Source: Nageia nagi
Lineage: Eukaryota > Plantae > Pinophyta
NCBI GenBank assembly: GCA_050084985.1
Contig: JBITNC010000001.1
Location: 86,986,001 to 87,050,000 of the forward strand
Length of the DNA stretch: 64,000 bases
Direction: 5' to 3'
Shown here piece by piece: positions 23,781 to 38,119 of this stretch. Made by a program: the position numbers and the translations under genes. Position 1 is the first letter of the stretch. Each line of letters starts with the position of its first letter. The notes below the pieces were generated by a model. It was not told where the DNA came from, did no database searches, and was given only the letters and a program-made list of their open reading frames with translations.

Positions 23781-26519
23781 TGATCCCACACCTTAAAGGT
23801 GTGGATTTTGATAGGATTATGTACTATTTTTGGCTCTAGAGCATAGGAAATGATGTATATGTATTTTGAAATGGACCTCTTATATTTAGACATGTATATG
23901 TATATTGACCTAGATGATATATATATATATATATGATTCCTATTTTGACTTCATATGTGTACTTAATGCTATGAATGAATGCATGTATGTACTTTTATTT
24001 AGTTTACATGAGATGGATGCAAATTTACACTATGGATGTATGCAACCCCATATAGACCTAAGTATACATAAAATGAACCTTAAAAGGAACATAAAATGAA
24101 ATTTTGGAAGACACTTAAAATGGATACTATTAAAAGACTTATAAATTAACTTAAAATGAATGCTAAAATGGATTTGAAATGAACTAAAATGAACCTTTAA
24201 AATAACCCATAAAATACCTAAGAAAAATTTAAAATGAACGTAAAGGACCACTTAAAATGGACCTAAAAGGACTTAAAATGAACCTGCATGTTTAAACACA
24301 TCATAGGGAAAATGAACTTGTATGTCTAAATAGACAAGGAAGAACAAAGAGATAAACTCAAAGTAATGACAAATGATTGATTACAAGCAATAACAATAAG
24401 GACAATAAATGATAATTATAAAATAATAAGACCAAATGCCAAAACATACCCAAAAGATATAACATGATAGACATTAGAAAAAGATATAAAAAGACCCACC
24501 TAAAACATAAATGACCTAAATAATAAGCTAACAACATAGTATGGTAATAAACACAACTCAAAATCAATAAAAATAAGCCAAAATGCTATTAGAATGTCGA
24601 TCATGATAAACATACCATTAAGACACCCCCTGAAATACTCGATTTATGTCGATCATGATAAACACAATGATAAACATGATCAAAACATTACCACTACATG
24701 ACCAAATTGGGCCAAAATTGAACCAAAGTAAAATGATACTTTTGAAAAGTGAAATATTACAAAATTCAATGGACCATAACAAATGACCACATTGAATATT
24801 AGATGAACTATCTTGATGATATGATAGATGGTTATACGGTCTAAATGCAGGATTAAATGGTTCAAAAAATGGAGGTCATTTTACCTACTTTTGAAAGCAA
24901 CATAGAAGGCTACCCAAAGGAGGGTGACAACCTTTTAGTGCTCATTGAAAGTGTGTTGTTACTAGTAGCTCCAAGAATGACTTGCAAAAATTGATCAAAT
25001 GATGAACCTAGGCTATGAAACTTGACATGACAATTGTGTTTACATTGATGAAGGACTAGGAAAAGATAGATCTAAAAATGGATCTTATTTGATGCATCAA
25101 AATGTAAAATCAAATATCCTATTTTTACAAGGGTCAGATTTCATGACATTCATCCCTAAAATAAAATGGGTGATGAAATGACTTGAAATAGTACAAAATG
25201 AAATGATAGGATTGAATGAGGTGAAATATAATCAAATTATAGATCAACATGACAATGTGACCTAGGTTGATATGGGAAGGTGTTCACTCACGTAGGAAGG
25301 AAGGTCTAACTTCAAACTCTAAGTAAATAGGTAAGAAGTAATCAAAAATGAATGAAATTGACTTCCTAATGACACTTGAATGAGTGTGAAACTAGTGAAC
25401 ATGATCATTAGTCAAATCTTCAACATTATACTTAGTTATAAAGGACAAACAAAACTAAATTTTGATAAAATGATAAATGATGAAACATGACAAAAATGCA
25501 CAAAATGCAACAAAAGCATAAATGCTAATGCAAAGGACCTCAAAATCATCATAATAGAGATAAATAAAGATAACACAAAGGCCCACATTACTAAATTGAC
25601 ATAATTCCATCAAGGTCACAAGTCACAAAAGGTCATAGAATATTTACCTTAGAACACATGATAGTTTGCAGACTATGATCAATCCCAAGGGAATGATTTG
25701 TCAAGAAAACTCAATATGGTGACTGAGACCCAATTGGTTGTATCCTCATCAAGAATTCATGGATCATGTATGGTGATAATTGACATAGATAGATACGTGA
25801 AAATGCTAGGGATGATGTCTTTGCATAAGTAGAATACAAAGGACTCAACACAACAAAGAAGATAAAGGAAAGACAACAAGGCAATATGAATAAACTAAAT
25901 TGCCAATGAAAGCAAACAAATTGGTCCCACTAAGTTATTTTGGGGTTGACTTCCATGCATGTCCAATACTATTCTTTCTTTTTCATAGAATAAAAATAAT
26001 GTTTAATAGCCCCAACTCAGATGAGGATAAAGAGTAGGGAAACAAAAATAATAAATGCAAGATGATGATAAGAGATAGAAACAACAAAATGATACAAGGA
26101 CTAACATGTGATGGAGAAATGAGTGACTGGTGGCCTTCATGCACCCAAAAATGGTAGGATGACACTAAAAAGTGGAGAACCAAGTAAGTATCAACTCCCA
26201 ACAATATGATCAAAAAGAAAATAAAAGGGTGAAATAAAAGAATTGATACACACACCTAGGCTCAAAGAAATGGTTGCACGTAAACCATCCCTTGAAACCT
26301 AGGGTAGATAAACGAGTGACTAGAATAGGATAACATACTATGGAAAATAAAACCAAGATGACAAAGATAAGATGCAAGCATAAATGAACTAAGCTGAAAA
26401 ATGAAAGACAAATACATAATAATAGACAAGGGCAAATTGAGTGAAGTAAACTAAATGTAGAATGGACAAAGATGGAGGATATTAATCGGCTCCATCTCTT
26501 CACAACCCTCTAGATATGC

Positions 26520-29500
26520 CAAATGATAAGCATCTATGTTGAATTTATTCTTAATAATATAAATCCCTTACGAATTGGGTGCAAAATTATCTCTAAGCAG
26601 CCTCTCAAGATGTGCTTATTGCTAGTTTTCCTTAAGTTCTAAGTCACCAATTTCAAATTCTCTAGGTCAAACCTTTTTATTGTATAGCCGCTTCAATTGC
26701 TCTTGATAAACCTTATGATTTTGGATGAAATTGACTCCTCACTCATCAATAAGGGTTAGATGATCTAATCAAGCTTGGTTTGCTTCTTCATTAGTAATGA
26801 GGCCTCACAATTGAACTCTAAGGGACATAATTTCTAGCACAAGTGGCATGACTACTTCAGCACCATAGACTAATGAGAATAGAGTGGCTCTTATGGACAT
26901 CCTAATGCTAGTGTGGGAATAAAACAAAGCATAAGGGAGATACTCATGCTAGTTTGTATGATTTTCATTGACCATCTCCTTCAAAATTATAATAATGGTT
27001 TTGTTGGATGTTTCTGCTTGCCTATTACCTTGGGGGTAGTTTGACATAGATAAGGAATGTTGAATATTGTAACCATTGCATAATGCCCTAATATGCTAAT
27101 TCTTGAAAGGTGGCCCATTTTTTGAGATAATATTATGGGGTATACCAAATCTATAAATGATGTTAGTATCGATAAAATTGGTAATCTTAGGACTGATAGT
27201 AGACATAAGGTATTTTGTATCAACCCACTTGGTAAAGTACATAGTTGTGATGATTATGAACTTATGTCCACCTGAGGAAGGAGATTCAAACTGACCTATG
27301 AGATCAAACCCCCATTGAGCAAAAGGCCATAAATACTAAATGGGATTAAGTTCCTAAGCAGGAAGATGCTATAAATTGGAATATTGCTAACACTTAATAG
27401 ATTTTTGAATGTAATCTTGACAATCATTGTCCATAGTCAACCAATAATACCCCATATTGAGAATGCATTTAGTAATGGCCATTCCATTGAAATGTCCACC
27501 ATAGATACCATCATGACAACTTTGAGTTATTATCTAGTTGTCACAAAGCTCTAGGCATCGAAGGAAGACACCATCATAAGACCACTTGTAAACCATGTTT
27601 CCTAATATAGCATAACAAGAGGCTTTTTACTTAAAAGTTCATTTCTCACTGGCTAAAGGTTGGGAGGTGTGGCATTCCACTTAAGATACTCATTTAACTG
27701 CTTATACCATAAGTCTCGATGCTCTATTATGATCTCATTGATTGAAGCTGAATCTAAACCATGGGGTAAAGTTGAGTTAAGTGTAGAATACTTCAATGTT
27801 ACAATCTCAACATGTTGAATATGTTGATGAGGGTTAAGAGGAATAAGGGACCCTAAGGATTCCATGGTTTCTATAAATTGATTAGATGACCTTGAATCCA
27901 TCTCAATCTTATAAGATTTAAATAATTTTAGCAACTATAATGCCAAATATCTATAATTCCTTAAAAGCTCATTATGACATTGGTAAGTGACCAAGATTTG
28001 ATAATGATCAACTATGAGTCATCATAAATAAGTAGGCATTCAAACTTGAGTGAGAGAGCTACCTTAAGACCCAAAATTAGTGCCTCATACTTTGCATTAT
28101 TGTTCATGCATGGGAAATCAAGCTTGAATGAATATAGAATAGGAACACTCTAGGGATTGAAGAAGATAACTCTGACCCCTCCCCATTGTTCATACTTTAA
28201 TTCATAAAAGTACATAGTGATATCATAGTCTTCCTGAGTGTCAATTGCCTCTTCGATCTCATCAACCTTAAAAACATCCTCATTAGGGAGGGTGATATTA
28301 AGAGGGGTAGTTGTTTAAATAGAAGCTTCTGCTAGTTGATTGGCTATGATTTAACCCTTAATATACTTTTGATTGATAAAGATGAGGTCAAATTCTACTA
28401 GGAACATGATCCATTTGGTGGTACACATATTGTGATATGCCTTGCTCATCATGTTCTTTAATGGATCAACCTTAGATATGAAATAGGTAGTATTATTAAA
28501 ATATAATGTCTCAACTTCTTGGTAGCAAAGACTAGGGTGAGATATAATTTCTTAATATAGACATACCTAAGCTCATAGTTGATGAGTGTACAATTGATGT
28601 AATATATAGCTTGCTCCTTGATCTGATCATTTTTTTATGCAAGCATGAATCCAACGGTGAAGTCAGTGGATGAAAGATATAAGTGAAAGGGGAAACCATC
28701 CATATGTGGAATGAGAATGAGAGGATTGAGCAAATATTATTTAATATCATTAAAGGCTTTTTGAAAACCCTCATTCTAGTTGAATTTCTCCTCCTTTTTT
28801 AGGAGTGCATTAAATGGATGACACTTGTCATAAAACTAAGCTATAAATCATCTGTTAGCTTGAATTTTCCCCTAAAGACTCCTTAAAGTCTTGATATCAT
28901 GAGTCAGAGGCATACTAGTGATAGCTATGACTTTCTTGGGATCAAATTTTATGCCTTGTTTTGAAATAATGAATCCTAACAATTTTCCTGATGTGATACA
29001 TAATACATACTTTATAGGATTTAGTCTAACATTATGCTTAAGTAACCTCTAGAAGACTTTATCTAATACCTCCCAATGCTGATATCTTTTTCTATATTTA
29101 GCTAATAAATCATTCATATAGTTCTCCATGATTTCATGCATCATATCATGGAAAACGTAAGTCATAGCTCTATGATAGGTGGCACCAGCATTCTTGAGAA
29201 TGAAATACATGACCTTGTAGTAATACGTACCCCAAGGATGGTGAATATAATCATATGTTAATCATTAAAGGCAACCCAAATCTAATTATACCCAGAGAAG
29301 CCATACATAAAGGATAACATCTCATATTTGATCATATTATCAACTAGGGCATCTATGTTAGATAAAAAAAAGTCATCCTCAAACAAGTTGCATTACAATA
29401 TCTAGTTCATGTAGAATCTAAGGGGACCTTACAATTTTTTTATAGGGACCATGTTATACACCCATCAAGGATAGTCTATGGAATGCATAAACTTGGTATC

Positions 29501-29720
29501 TGACAACTTCTGGATTTACTCCTTAATCTAAATAGACTTTATGAGATCAACCCTCATAGGTTTTTGCTTAATAGGTTTCACATTTGGACAAGTAACAATA
29601 TTATAGATCACAACATTGGGATCCATACCTAGCATGTCCATGTAATTTTAAGTGAAGAACTTACCATATTTCTTCAATAGTTCTATACCCGTTTCCCTTT
29701 TTGACTCTTTAAGACATCTA
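26520..29720 (-). pseudogene. RT-RH-aRH-INT of element D (heavily degenerate)
   Basis: LSFMYGFSGYN*I (RT); SFKLDFPCMNNNAKYEAL at ~28080-28135 (aRH after RH); WPFAQWGFDLIG at ~27295-27330 (INT). Confidence 0.85.
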
Positions 29721-30224
29721 CCAAGTAGATCATCTTAGGGTTTGTAGGATCATCATTGATATTGACCTCAGCTAACTTTCTAATGTGCATATGGGATCCA
29801 TAATCTAAATATTTGAAAATAGGAATGTAATCATAATCATACTCATCTATACTATTGATAAAGGAATCCAAATTAGATGAGTCAACTTTGTCAAAGCAAT
29901 TAGAAGGAAAAGAGATATTATGCAAACCAAAAGATAAAACTGACAAAGGTAAAGAGAGATATACAGATAAATGACTAATATAATTGTATAAGTCATAATA
30001 TAAGAGAGGGAAAAATGATGATGGACCATCAACAAAGACCATAAAAACATACAAGGAAGGACCAACTGATGATTCATGGAATAAATTATGTGCGATGGAA
30101 CACTCTGAAGCTTGAGGACTAGATGGATCAAAATACAATTGGATGTTATGTTCATCATCATGTTACACCTCCCTTAATAGAAGATTAATATCAATAAATT
30201 GTTCTTCCAAAGGTTTAAGTTTAG

Positions 30225-30360
30225 AGCCATAAAACCCTAGATCATGCTTATCTCATCTGGATTGAAATGGAATGGAAAAAGCATGAACCATTCCCTGCTC
30301 ATATTTTTCTAGGTTATACCCTTGTCACTTCCATTTGGCAAAGAGTTTACATAGCAATTC
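30225..30360 (-). pseudogene. G-patch domain remnant between protease and RT of element D
   Basis: KLFAKWK*QGYNLEKYEQGMV...HDLGF resembles the G-patch consensus. Confidence 0.55.
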
Positions 30361-31049
30361 AAGATATGAAAGATATTATATTTTGGTGCAAAATATTTCA
30401 TTGAGATAATGTTCAAGGGGAATATCCTGGGGTGAATCCAAACTCATTTAAATAAAGAAAGATAGGTTCGAACATAATCCTAGTAGGATGAGAGAGCCAA
30501 GAGAAAGTGAGGATTCTAAATGTCTCCCCAAGTCTTTTTTATAGAAGGAATATTAAAAATCACATCATCAATACAATATTTCCCCTTTCTAATACATTCA
30601 TACTTAATGACCTTAGAAGGTGGTGAAATGACCAAGCTGATAGGATGTTGGTCAAGAGGATCAAGACCAACTTGAGAGGAAGAGGGCTTAACTTCCTATG
30701 ATGAATCAGAAATTAGAAAAAGGAAGACACATGGAATTTTATGGGTGGAGGGAGACAATGATATAATGGTCAATCACTTCTAAAGATGGGTGCAAAATGG
30801 ATCTAAAGACTATAAGAAGGTCGCATAAAATCCTCAGGTGACTTACCCTCATAGCATATAAAGGGATCCATGCTCGAGGGAGATGAAGAGGATTGTTATG
30901 AGGACAAAGCAAGTGGAACAAGATATAAAGATAAATATGAAGGTTCTTTTGAACAAGATGACACTAGATTAGGATGTTTGTTCATAAGAATGGTGATAGG
31001 AAAAATACACCCAAATGGTATGTGAGGGGAATCAAGGGAAAAAGCTGAG

Positions 31050-34000
31050 TTGCAATGACTAAAAGGGTTTTGATCACCTATTATACAATGGACCATTACA
31101 TTATCTAATTACTTTATACACTTATGTAAAGTTAATGAAACTGCCTCCATATATTCTATCCATGGGTGGACTAAGAGTAAATTATATTACATTTTCCCTC
31201 TACCACATGACATGTCATTACGATCTCTCTAACCCCAATCTTCCTTGGAAGGATAATTATGGCCATTATCATTGCTAAAGTGTTGTTAAAGGCTTTGATG
31301 GTGAGTGTAGGAGCATTTAAGAACTTAATAGGGGCCTTTAATCTCTTAAGTAGCATAGATGATATAACATTAATGGTGAACCCATTATCCATTAACACTC
31401 TTTTGGATGGACAAGAATCCACATAAGCAACAATATACAAAGTGAGATGCTTTAGCTTATTAAGATCAAAATGTTGGATTTCATCTTGGAAGAAAGTGAT
31501 GCTAGGCCTAGTGGCACTCTGAGCAACCCCTATAAAATCTTTGAAATAATTAGGGTTGTTTCCATCTAACTCAATAGCTCTTAGAATATTATTCAAGGTA
31601 TTTTTGTGTTTGACTGATTGATGTAATAGACCATATAAGGAAAACTTTATCTATGTATTCTAAAGTTGCTATTCCAATTGAGTCTGGATAGTTATAGGGG
31701 CTCTAGGATTTGTTTCTAAATATGTGCTCAAGGTTGGGGTAATGTTTGTTGAATTCTTGCATCTTGAGGGGGAGGAGGAGGTGCTTCATTAGTACCTCCA
31801 CTCATCTTGGTAGTGACCCCTATCATGTTGCTATCATGGATCTCTATAATTTGGTATTTTGAAGGTGGATCCATGACACCCATAAAGTTAAAATTTGGGG
31901 TTATATCAATATCTTTAACAAAAGGAAAATATGAATTTGTATCAATGAAGCCCACAAACTCATTATTCTATCTTGGATTGTAGTCATGTACTATTTGCTA
32001 CATTGGTTTTGATGAGATATGATTAACATTATTATTATGCCTTGAAAAAGGATTTTAAAATACACCCAAATTTTAGTTGGGTTGGGACACATGGTTACCT
32101 TTTGATACCTACCCACTATTAATCAATATCTGAATGGTATTCCTTAATTAGTTGTACTTATTCCTATCATATCCCTTTTATCTATGATAAATGTAGTATT
32201 TGTTAGCCTTATACCAAGCGAGCTTCTCTACATTTGAATCTTCTAGTCTGACTTCTAGGAGAGTGACTAGTTGTGCATTTAAGAGCCTTTTCAAGATGTC
32301 CTCAATAGGTTTGGCAAAAGGTGTCTAAGGTTTGTGTGGCCCTTGCTACCAAGGTTGCCTAGGCCTACAAGGGCCTTGTTGATTATTTTGCTCATTGTTG
32401 GGCCTATGTATTTCCTAATTTTGTGTTTGAGATGGTGCACTAGCCATGGTGGAGCTATTTGAATAACTGGTTGATTTTGAGAAACCTCATGAGAGACCTA
32501 ATTGCTTTATGATTTTTGGTATGAAATACTAGGATTATTTCCATTATTTTTGTACTTTTGATAATTATTCTATTTCTTTCTTAACTTAACATCACCATCT
32601 TGAATCTTAGCTTCTTCAATTAATTTGGCTTGAGCTAAAGACTCCTCAAGAGTTTATTGTTGTTTTATTCTAAGTATAGATAGGATGTGCTTATTAGAAC
32701 TTATAGAGAACAACTTTACTATCTCTTCTTATGGTAAAGTGTAAGGCATATCCATAATAATTTCCCACCATTTACATATGTAATTAGATATCAACTCATG
32801 CTCAAATTATGAGAGTTTTCCCAAGTTTGTGATTGAATCTCACTTACGTATATTGATGGTAAACTGATCTAAGAATCTATCAATCAATTATTCAAATGAA
32901 TATATATTGTATTATAGGAGGTTATTATACCAATCTAGAGCTTGGCCTACTAATATGTAGCATGAATACTTAAACTAATGAAGGTGTTCTTTTAGATCTT
33001 CCTTACCCTTGAATTTGTAAATATTAGGTACTTCAAATTTGTATGGAAAGGTTTTGGTTGGTACAATAGGATGAATTAGCTTATTATAAATGGAAGTGTA
33101 TGATAATTTTACATTTCCATGCTCATTAAATTTAAGCTCCATATCCTCCGACCTCTTTAAAATTTGATCATTCACTATGAGAGGTTGCATGTTAACTATA
33201 GCCTATGATTTTGGTACTATGTTGATATGATGGTCCTCATATTGATCATATGGGTCATACTAATCATCATAATATACATATTGATCCTATTTGTATGACT
33301 TTCCATAACTAGGTTGTGTATCAAATGTCACCTTAGGTACAAGGTTTGTAGGATTTGACCTAAAACCCTTCTAGTCAATGGATGTTGCAACTCATGATGA
33401 CTAAGAAATTCAGTGGGCCCATGTGAAGAGGCTTGGACTTATTGATATGATTCATCATACCTAAGATCAAAATGGGGTACAAGGGATATAGGATGATCAT
33501 ACACATGATGAGGATATATAGCCTGATGTACATATGGCTATTGGGATGGTGCCACCACATAAGAAGAAGATAAATAATGCAATTATGATGGAGGATAGAT
33601 CAAGTGTGAGGAGAGCCAATGTCCTAAATGTACTCTAGACTAATTACTGACATGGTGAGTAGGTTGGGAATCATATACAAGATGAGACATGACTTGATAA
33701 TTAGGTTAGTTTGTAATATGGGTATCTTGACAATAATATCAAACCCAATCATCAGGAGGAGATGGATGAGTCTTATGGTATGTAAAGAAATGAGGCTTGG
33801 TGCTGATGGGATAGAAAGGTGGAGGCTTAGGTGGTACACCTGAAGGAGGGTGTGAGGGACCCTGAGAAGACCTAATGGTGGTTAGCCTAGGATGAAAAGG
33901 GGATTGATCATGTGATGCTCCAACATATTGGGCTGACATAGGATGTAACAAAGGCTCCTCATGATATGAAGTCTCTATGGGTTCATTGATAACATATCAT

Positions 34001-34500
34001 ATTATTGGATGAAGAGGATTTGACCTAGTGTCTAGGGATGAAGAGGTGTCCTCTATGTGACCATCTAATGTCTCTCCATCATATTGGAAAATTATAGGAT
34101 GAGAAGTCTCTATACCATGAGGTGGATGAGGTGATGGTTATCTATCAATAAGATATATAAGATAACCTTGGTCCTCCTAAAAATATCTATATAAACCTTG
34201 GTTCATGGGATCACTCAAAAACATCTCATGTGAGGATACATGAGGCTTGGTAGGATGGAGGGGAAGATGGATAGAATTGGGTTGATGTCTAGGTGATCAA
34301 GAATCATAATCATGATGTTGAATGAGATGAGGATCATCTTAAGGAGGATATAATTGATGGTAGGTTGAAGGTCTCTCTATAAGGAGGTGATCCTCTATCC
34401 TAGATAGGCTAGCCCTATGGGGCATTGCACAATCTCTCCCCTCTTGCTAAGGGGTAGCCTCTAAGAATTGAAAACTCTCTAATGTCTAGCTAAATGAAAT
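31050..34500 (-). pseudogene. gag and protease of element D
   Basis: ORF 31171-31596 KRVLMDNGFTINVIS (protease); ORF 32975-33190 FPYKFEVPNIYKFKGKEDLKEHL (Ogre-type gag); Pro/His-rich N-terminal region. Confidence 0.8.
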
Positions 34501-36253
34501 ACATCGTGAAGCCTATGTGTAATTGTGTGGAAGTGGATAATGCAATGTATGATACCTACTATATGAGTCTTGGAAGAGGGGAAGAGGATTTGATTGATTG
34601 ACTAGATTAGCACATTCCTCTTTATCTCTAGCTTAACAGACCATAGATTTTCATTCCTAGAAGGTGCACATGACATGGTAAAAAGAGGATAGACAAAACA
34701 TAATGAAAAGGAGGGAATCGATAGATCAAACATGAGCTATAAACAAAGTCTCCAGTGTAGAATACAAAATGAAATAATGCTAAAGTGATAAATCAACAAG
34801 CAACAAGCCTAGAATTTTGTTAAAGATCTTGTTTAATGTATATGCAATTAACACCAAAGAGCCTAAATGATCACTTCAAAGATAATATAAATGATAAGAA
34901 GTAGTAGTGATAGATAGCAATGATGTTTATCTAATTTAGCCACTTCTTTTTCAATTTAGGAATTATCTTTTAATAAGTAAATTTTGGATGCAAGTGTTAA
35001 TCTAACTCTTTTTAGTTTTCCTAGAGATGTATCTAGTTAAGCACTTTTAGGTAAGGCTCAATATCTAGGGGAGTAGATAATTTTATAGGGTATTTTAGGT
35101 ATCTCTATTGATTTCTCACCAATAGAGGGCGGCTCCCAATGTTGGTGATGAAATCCAAGTATAAGTTAAGCCATGGTGATGAAATCCATGTACCCTAGTC
35201 ACTCCCTAGGCTTGTGATGGAATTTTAATTCAAGGAAGCAAATATGAGATGCAATACTATATGATAATGCAATGCAATTACACCTCCCAAATACTTGCTT
35301 TTTAAAATAAATTCCAATACACTCACAACACCAAGGAGGCTAAAGCAATGGAATTTTCCTTTTTCTTTTGAAATAAGAGAAAGTGCAAAGATAACAATTC
35401 TTTTAAATGCACCAAACAATAAGTAAATAAGCCCTAAAATTGAAAGGAAACCCTTGTTCAAGATGTTAACTTTAAGTACCAAATGATATTTCCAATGTGT
35501 AATTCACCATTGCCCCCAAAATGCAATGTAATATCACTAAAGGAAGTGGAAATCCTATGTGAAAAGAGCAACTAAACAATATTGACTAGGTACAAAAAAG
35601 AATCCAAAAACTCACTCAGCCTAAGAATGTTCCCTCCTACTCCAAGCTAGTCAATTAAATAAAATTTACAACACTCTACCATAGGATTGTCCACTATAAG
35701 ATGATTGTGGTAACAGTGCCAATCACCCTGGCAATCAGAAATCATCTAAATGACCATAGGTGCACTTAGAGATAAAATTAAAAAGCTAAAATAAATGATA
35801 CAAAACCTTGTGACAAGGGTAACTGATGTGTTCTATGATAAGGACACCAAAAATTATACAGATAAACCTAGGAGTGGCCTACTATCCCTAGTATAAATGA
35901 TACCCAGGAACAAAAATGCTAAAATAGTAAAATCACTAATTCTATAGTCAAAATTGCCCCTCTTTGTGGTGATTGTAGGAATCGTTTGGATGACCTTAGG
36001 GTCATCCCTATCAAGGATGATTTATAGTTAGGATTGGATGGAAGAAGGATGATTTGTTCGATGTTTATAATAGGAATTCAAGGTTTTTCAGATTCAATTT
36101 TTTCCATGCCCAGTAAGGTACTTTGCAAGTTATAGCCAAAAATTAGTTCCACACAGTCTCTGAATTGTAAGAACTATCCAAAATTTGAAACCACCAAAAC
36201 AAGATAAAAGGCTTAGGTAATCCTATTTTTTCTTAGGTCTTAGGACCAATAGG

Positions 36254-36271
36254 GTCCCACCATGATTGCCA
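36254..36271 (-). promoter_or_regulatory. PBS of element D, tRNA-Arg(CCG)-like
   Basis: Minus strand TGGCAATCATGGTGGGAC, consistent with CpG decay of TGGCGATCACGGTGGGAC. Confidence 0.65.
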
Positions 36272-36273
36272 TT

Positions 36274-37458
36274 TATGATAAAAACCTATCACTTGAAACA
36301 CTCAATCCATCTATGAGCACTTCAAAGATTTTAAGTTGTTCAATTCTAAATTTCCTATGTTGTGATATGAAAATAATGATAAAAACATGGTTTAGAAATG
36401 GTACTTAGTCTTCAATGATGTCAAATAGTGCTCAAATATTAAAGGAAACAAAATAATTAAAAGAGACCTCAAATCATAAGTCCTTTAGACCTTGTGATTT
36501 TCCAAAATGAGGTAGAAACCCAACACTACAAGGTTGTAGATCCCATTAATCCATAGTCAAATGGACACTCACAAAGTTATCAATGCCTATAAGGAAAATG
36601 TATTCAATATTCATAAAGATCAATTCTAAATGTTTGAACAAGGATAATTGAAAAGTGTAGATGAAAAAGCTATACTAAATTGACAAATAATATTAAAGAT
36701 TTGACAAAATGCAATGTGTATTCAAAGATCTAATTGAATGAAAATGTATGATAAGAATGGTTACAAATTCAAAACTAATAATGGTATATCCAAGCTAATA
36801 ATACAAGTAAATCAATAAATATGTGACAACCCTAGGGTTCGAATGTTAATGGTCAAACCCTAGCCTAAATGCTAGGATTTAGTTAGCCTAGACAAATATC
36901 TATATGTCGCACAAATGCAAGTATGTTTTTAAAGAAAGGATACAAATTTTAATAAAAAATGCTTTGACCTACCAAATCTATAAATAATAGTGAAATATAA
37001 CATTAATATATCAAACAAACCTCAAATAGTTAAAGAGTACCTTAATCCATGTAAAATGGAGAAGTGTGCTTAAGGAGTGAAGAGGAATGCTCTTGATGTG
37101 ATGTATCCTTCACAATGATCTCGCAAAGCTTAGGTACAAGTGCTAGAAAATATGAAAATTCATAGAGTTTGTATGTGTTAGAGTGCAAAAATCAAAGAAT
37201 AAGCTCAAAATGTGCACCATTTGAATTTTATAATGCTTAGTTAGAATCATTAAAGTGATTATGATGTTTGCAGGATCATTTGAGAGACTGGAACCAAAGG
37301 TGTTAGCAAAAATAAAAGGTCAAGACTAAGTTGATTAGTTTAGTTGAAGAACCTACAAAACACACATTAGTAAAACATGCTAATATAACACATGATATAT
37401 GTCAAAACATTAATGTGACCCATTCAATGAATAAAAATGCATTTTTAAGGTGTTTGCA
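36274..37458 (-). repeat. 5' LTR of element D
   Basis: Direct repeat of 18100-19294; left boundary approximate. Confidence 0.85.
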
Positions 37459-38119
37459 CCAATGTGGGACATCTCCCACCTTGAGCTAGTTAGGAGTGTA
37501 ATTTGTATGTAAGTATGATTATGGGGATCCCAAGATCCCAACATAGGTGAGCACATTATTTATAAGGATCCCAAGGTTAATTCATGACCATGGAGTGAGG
37601 TGCCACATCCTTGTGGATCCCTAGGCATGATCTATGTGTCCATAATGAGGTGTTACCTATATATTGGCCTGACACAACATGGAGAAGATATAATTAAGCA
37701 TATTTGACATTTTATATCTTCAAAGTGTGGCATGGATTCAATTCTTGGGCCTCTTATTGGATGGAAAACTAACAAGGAAAGGGTTTAGTGGGAAAAAACC
37801 CTCACTAGATCTTAGTCTGCATCTCAAATATGGGGGTTTAAGGCCCTAGTAGTGTGACATTACCTTCCTTGTTAAATATTGAGTTTATTATGCCCTATAT
37901 TTGGTCCCTTAATCCAAAAATCAATCCCATTAGGTCATATTCACCTTGTACTTGCTCCATCATTAATATAATTTGATGCATTAGCACTTGATTTCATATT
38001 TTGCTTGTATTATGTTAAGATATTTTTGGCATTTTTTACTAATTTCTTAGTCATTTTCTATTTCATTGCATTATTGGCTAATAATTTGGAATAAGAAAAA
38101 TTTGGGAATATCATAATTT

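Larger units (their letters stand above)
18100..37458 (-). mobile_element. Old full-length Ogre/Tat-like Ty3/gypsy element D, ~19.4 kb
   Basis: ~1.19-kb diverged LTRs (18100-19294 and ~36274-37458), degenerate TSD CCTAT/CCAAT, PPT at 19295-19307, PBS at 36254-36271, gag-PR-G-patch-RT-RH-aRH-INT order. Confidence 0.9.
17964..37864 (+). repeat. 3' LTR of element A (17964-18099 + ~37459-37864), split by element D
   Basis: Starts TGTGATG right after the PPT; resumes after the element D TSD; ends GACATTACC (approximate inverted terminus). Confidence 0.6.

Noticed and set aside
23914-26503. Hydrophobic short ORFs suggesting an env or membrane protein in element D
   Set aside because: Arise from A-rich low-complexity strand bias; no consistent frame.
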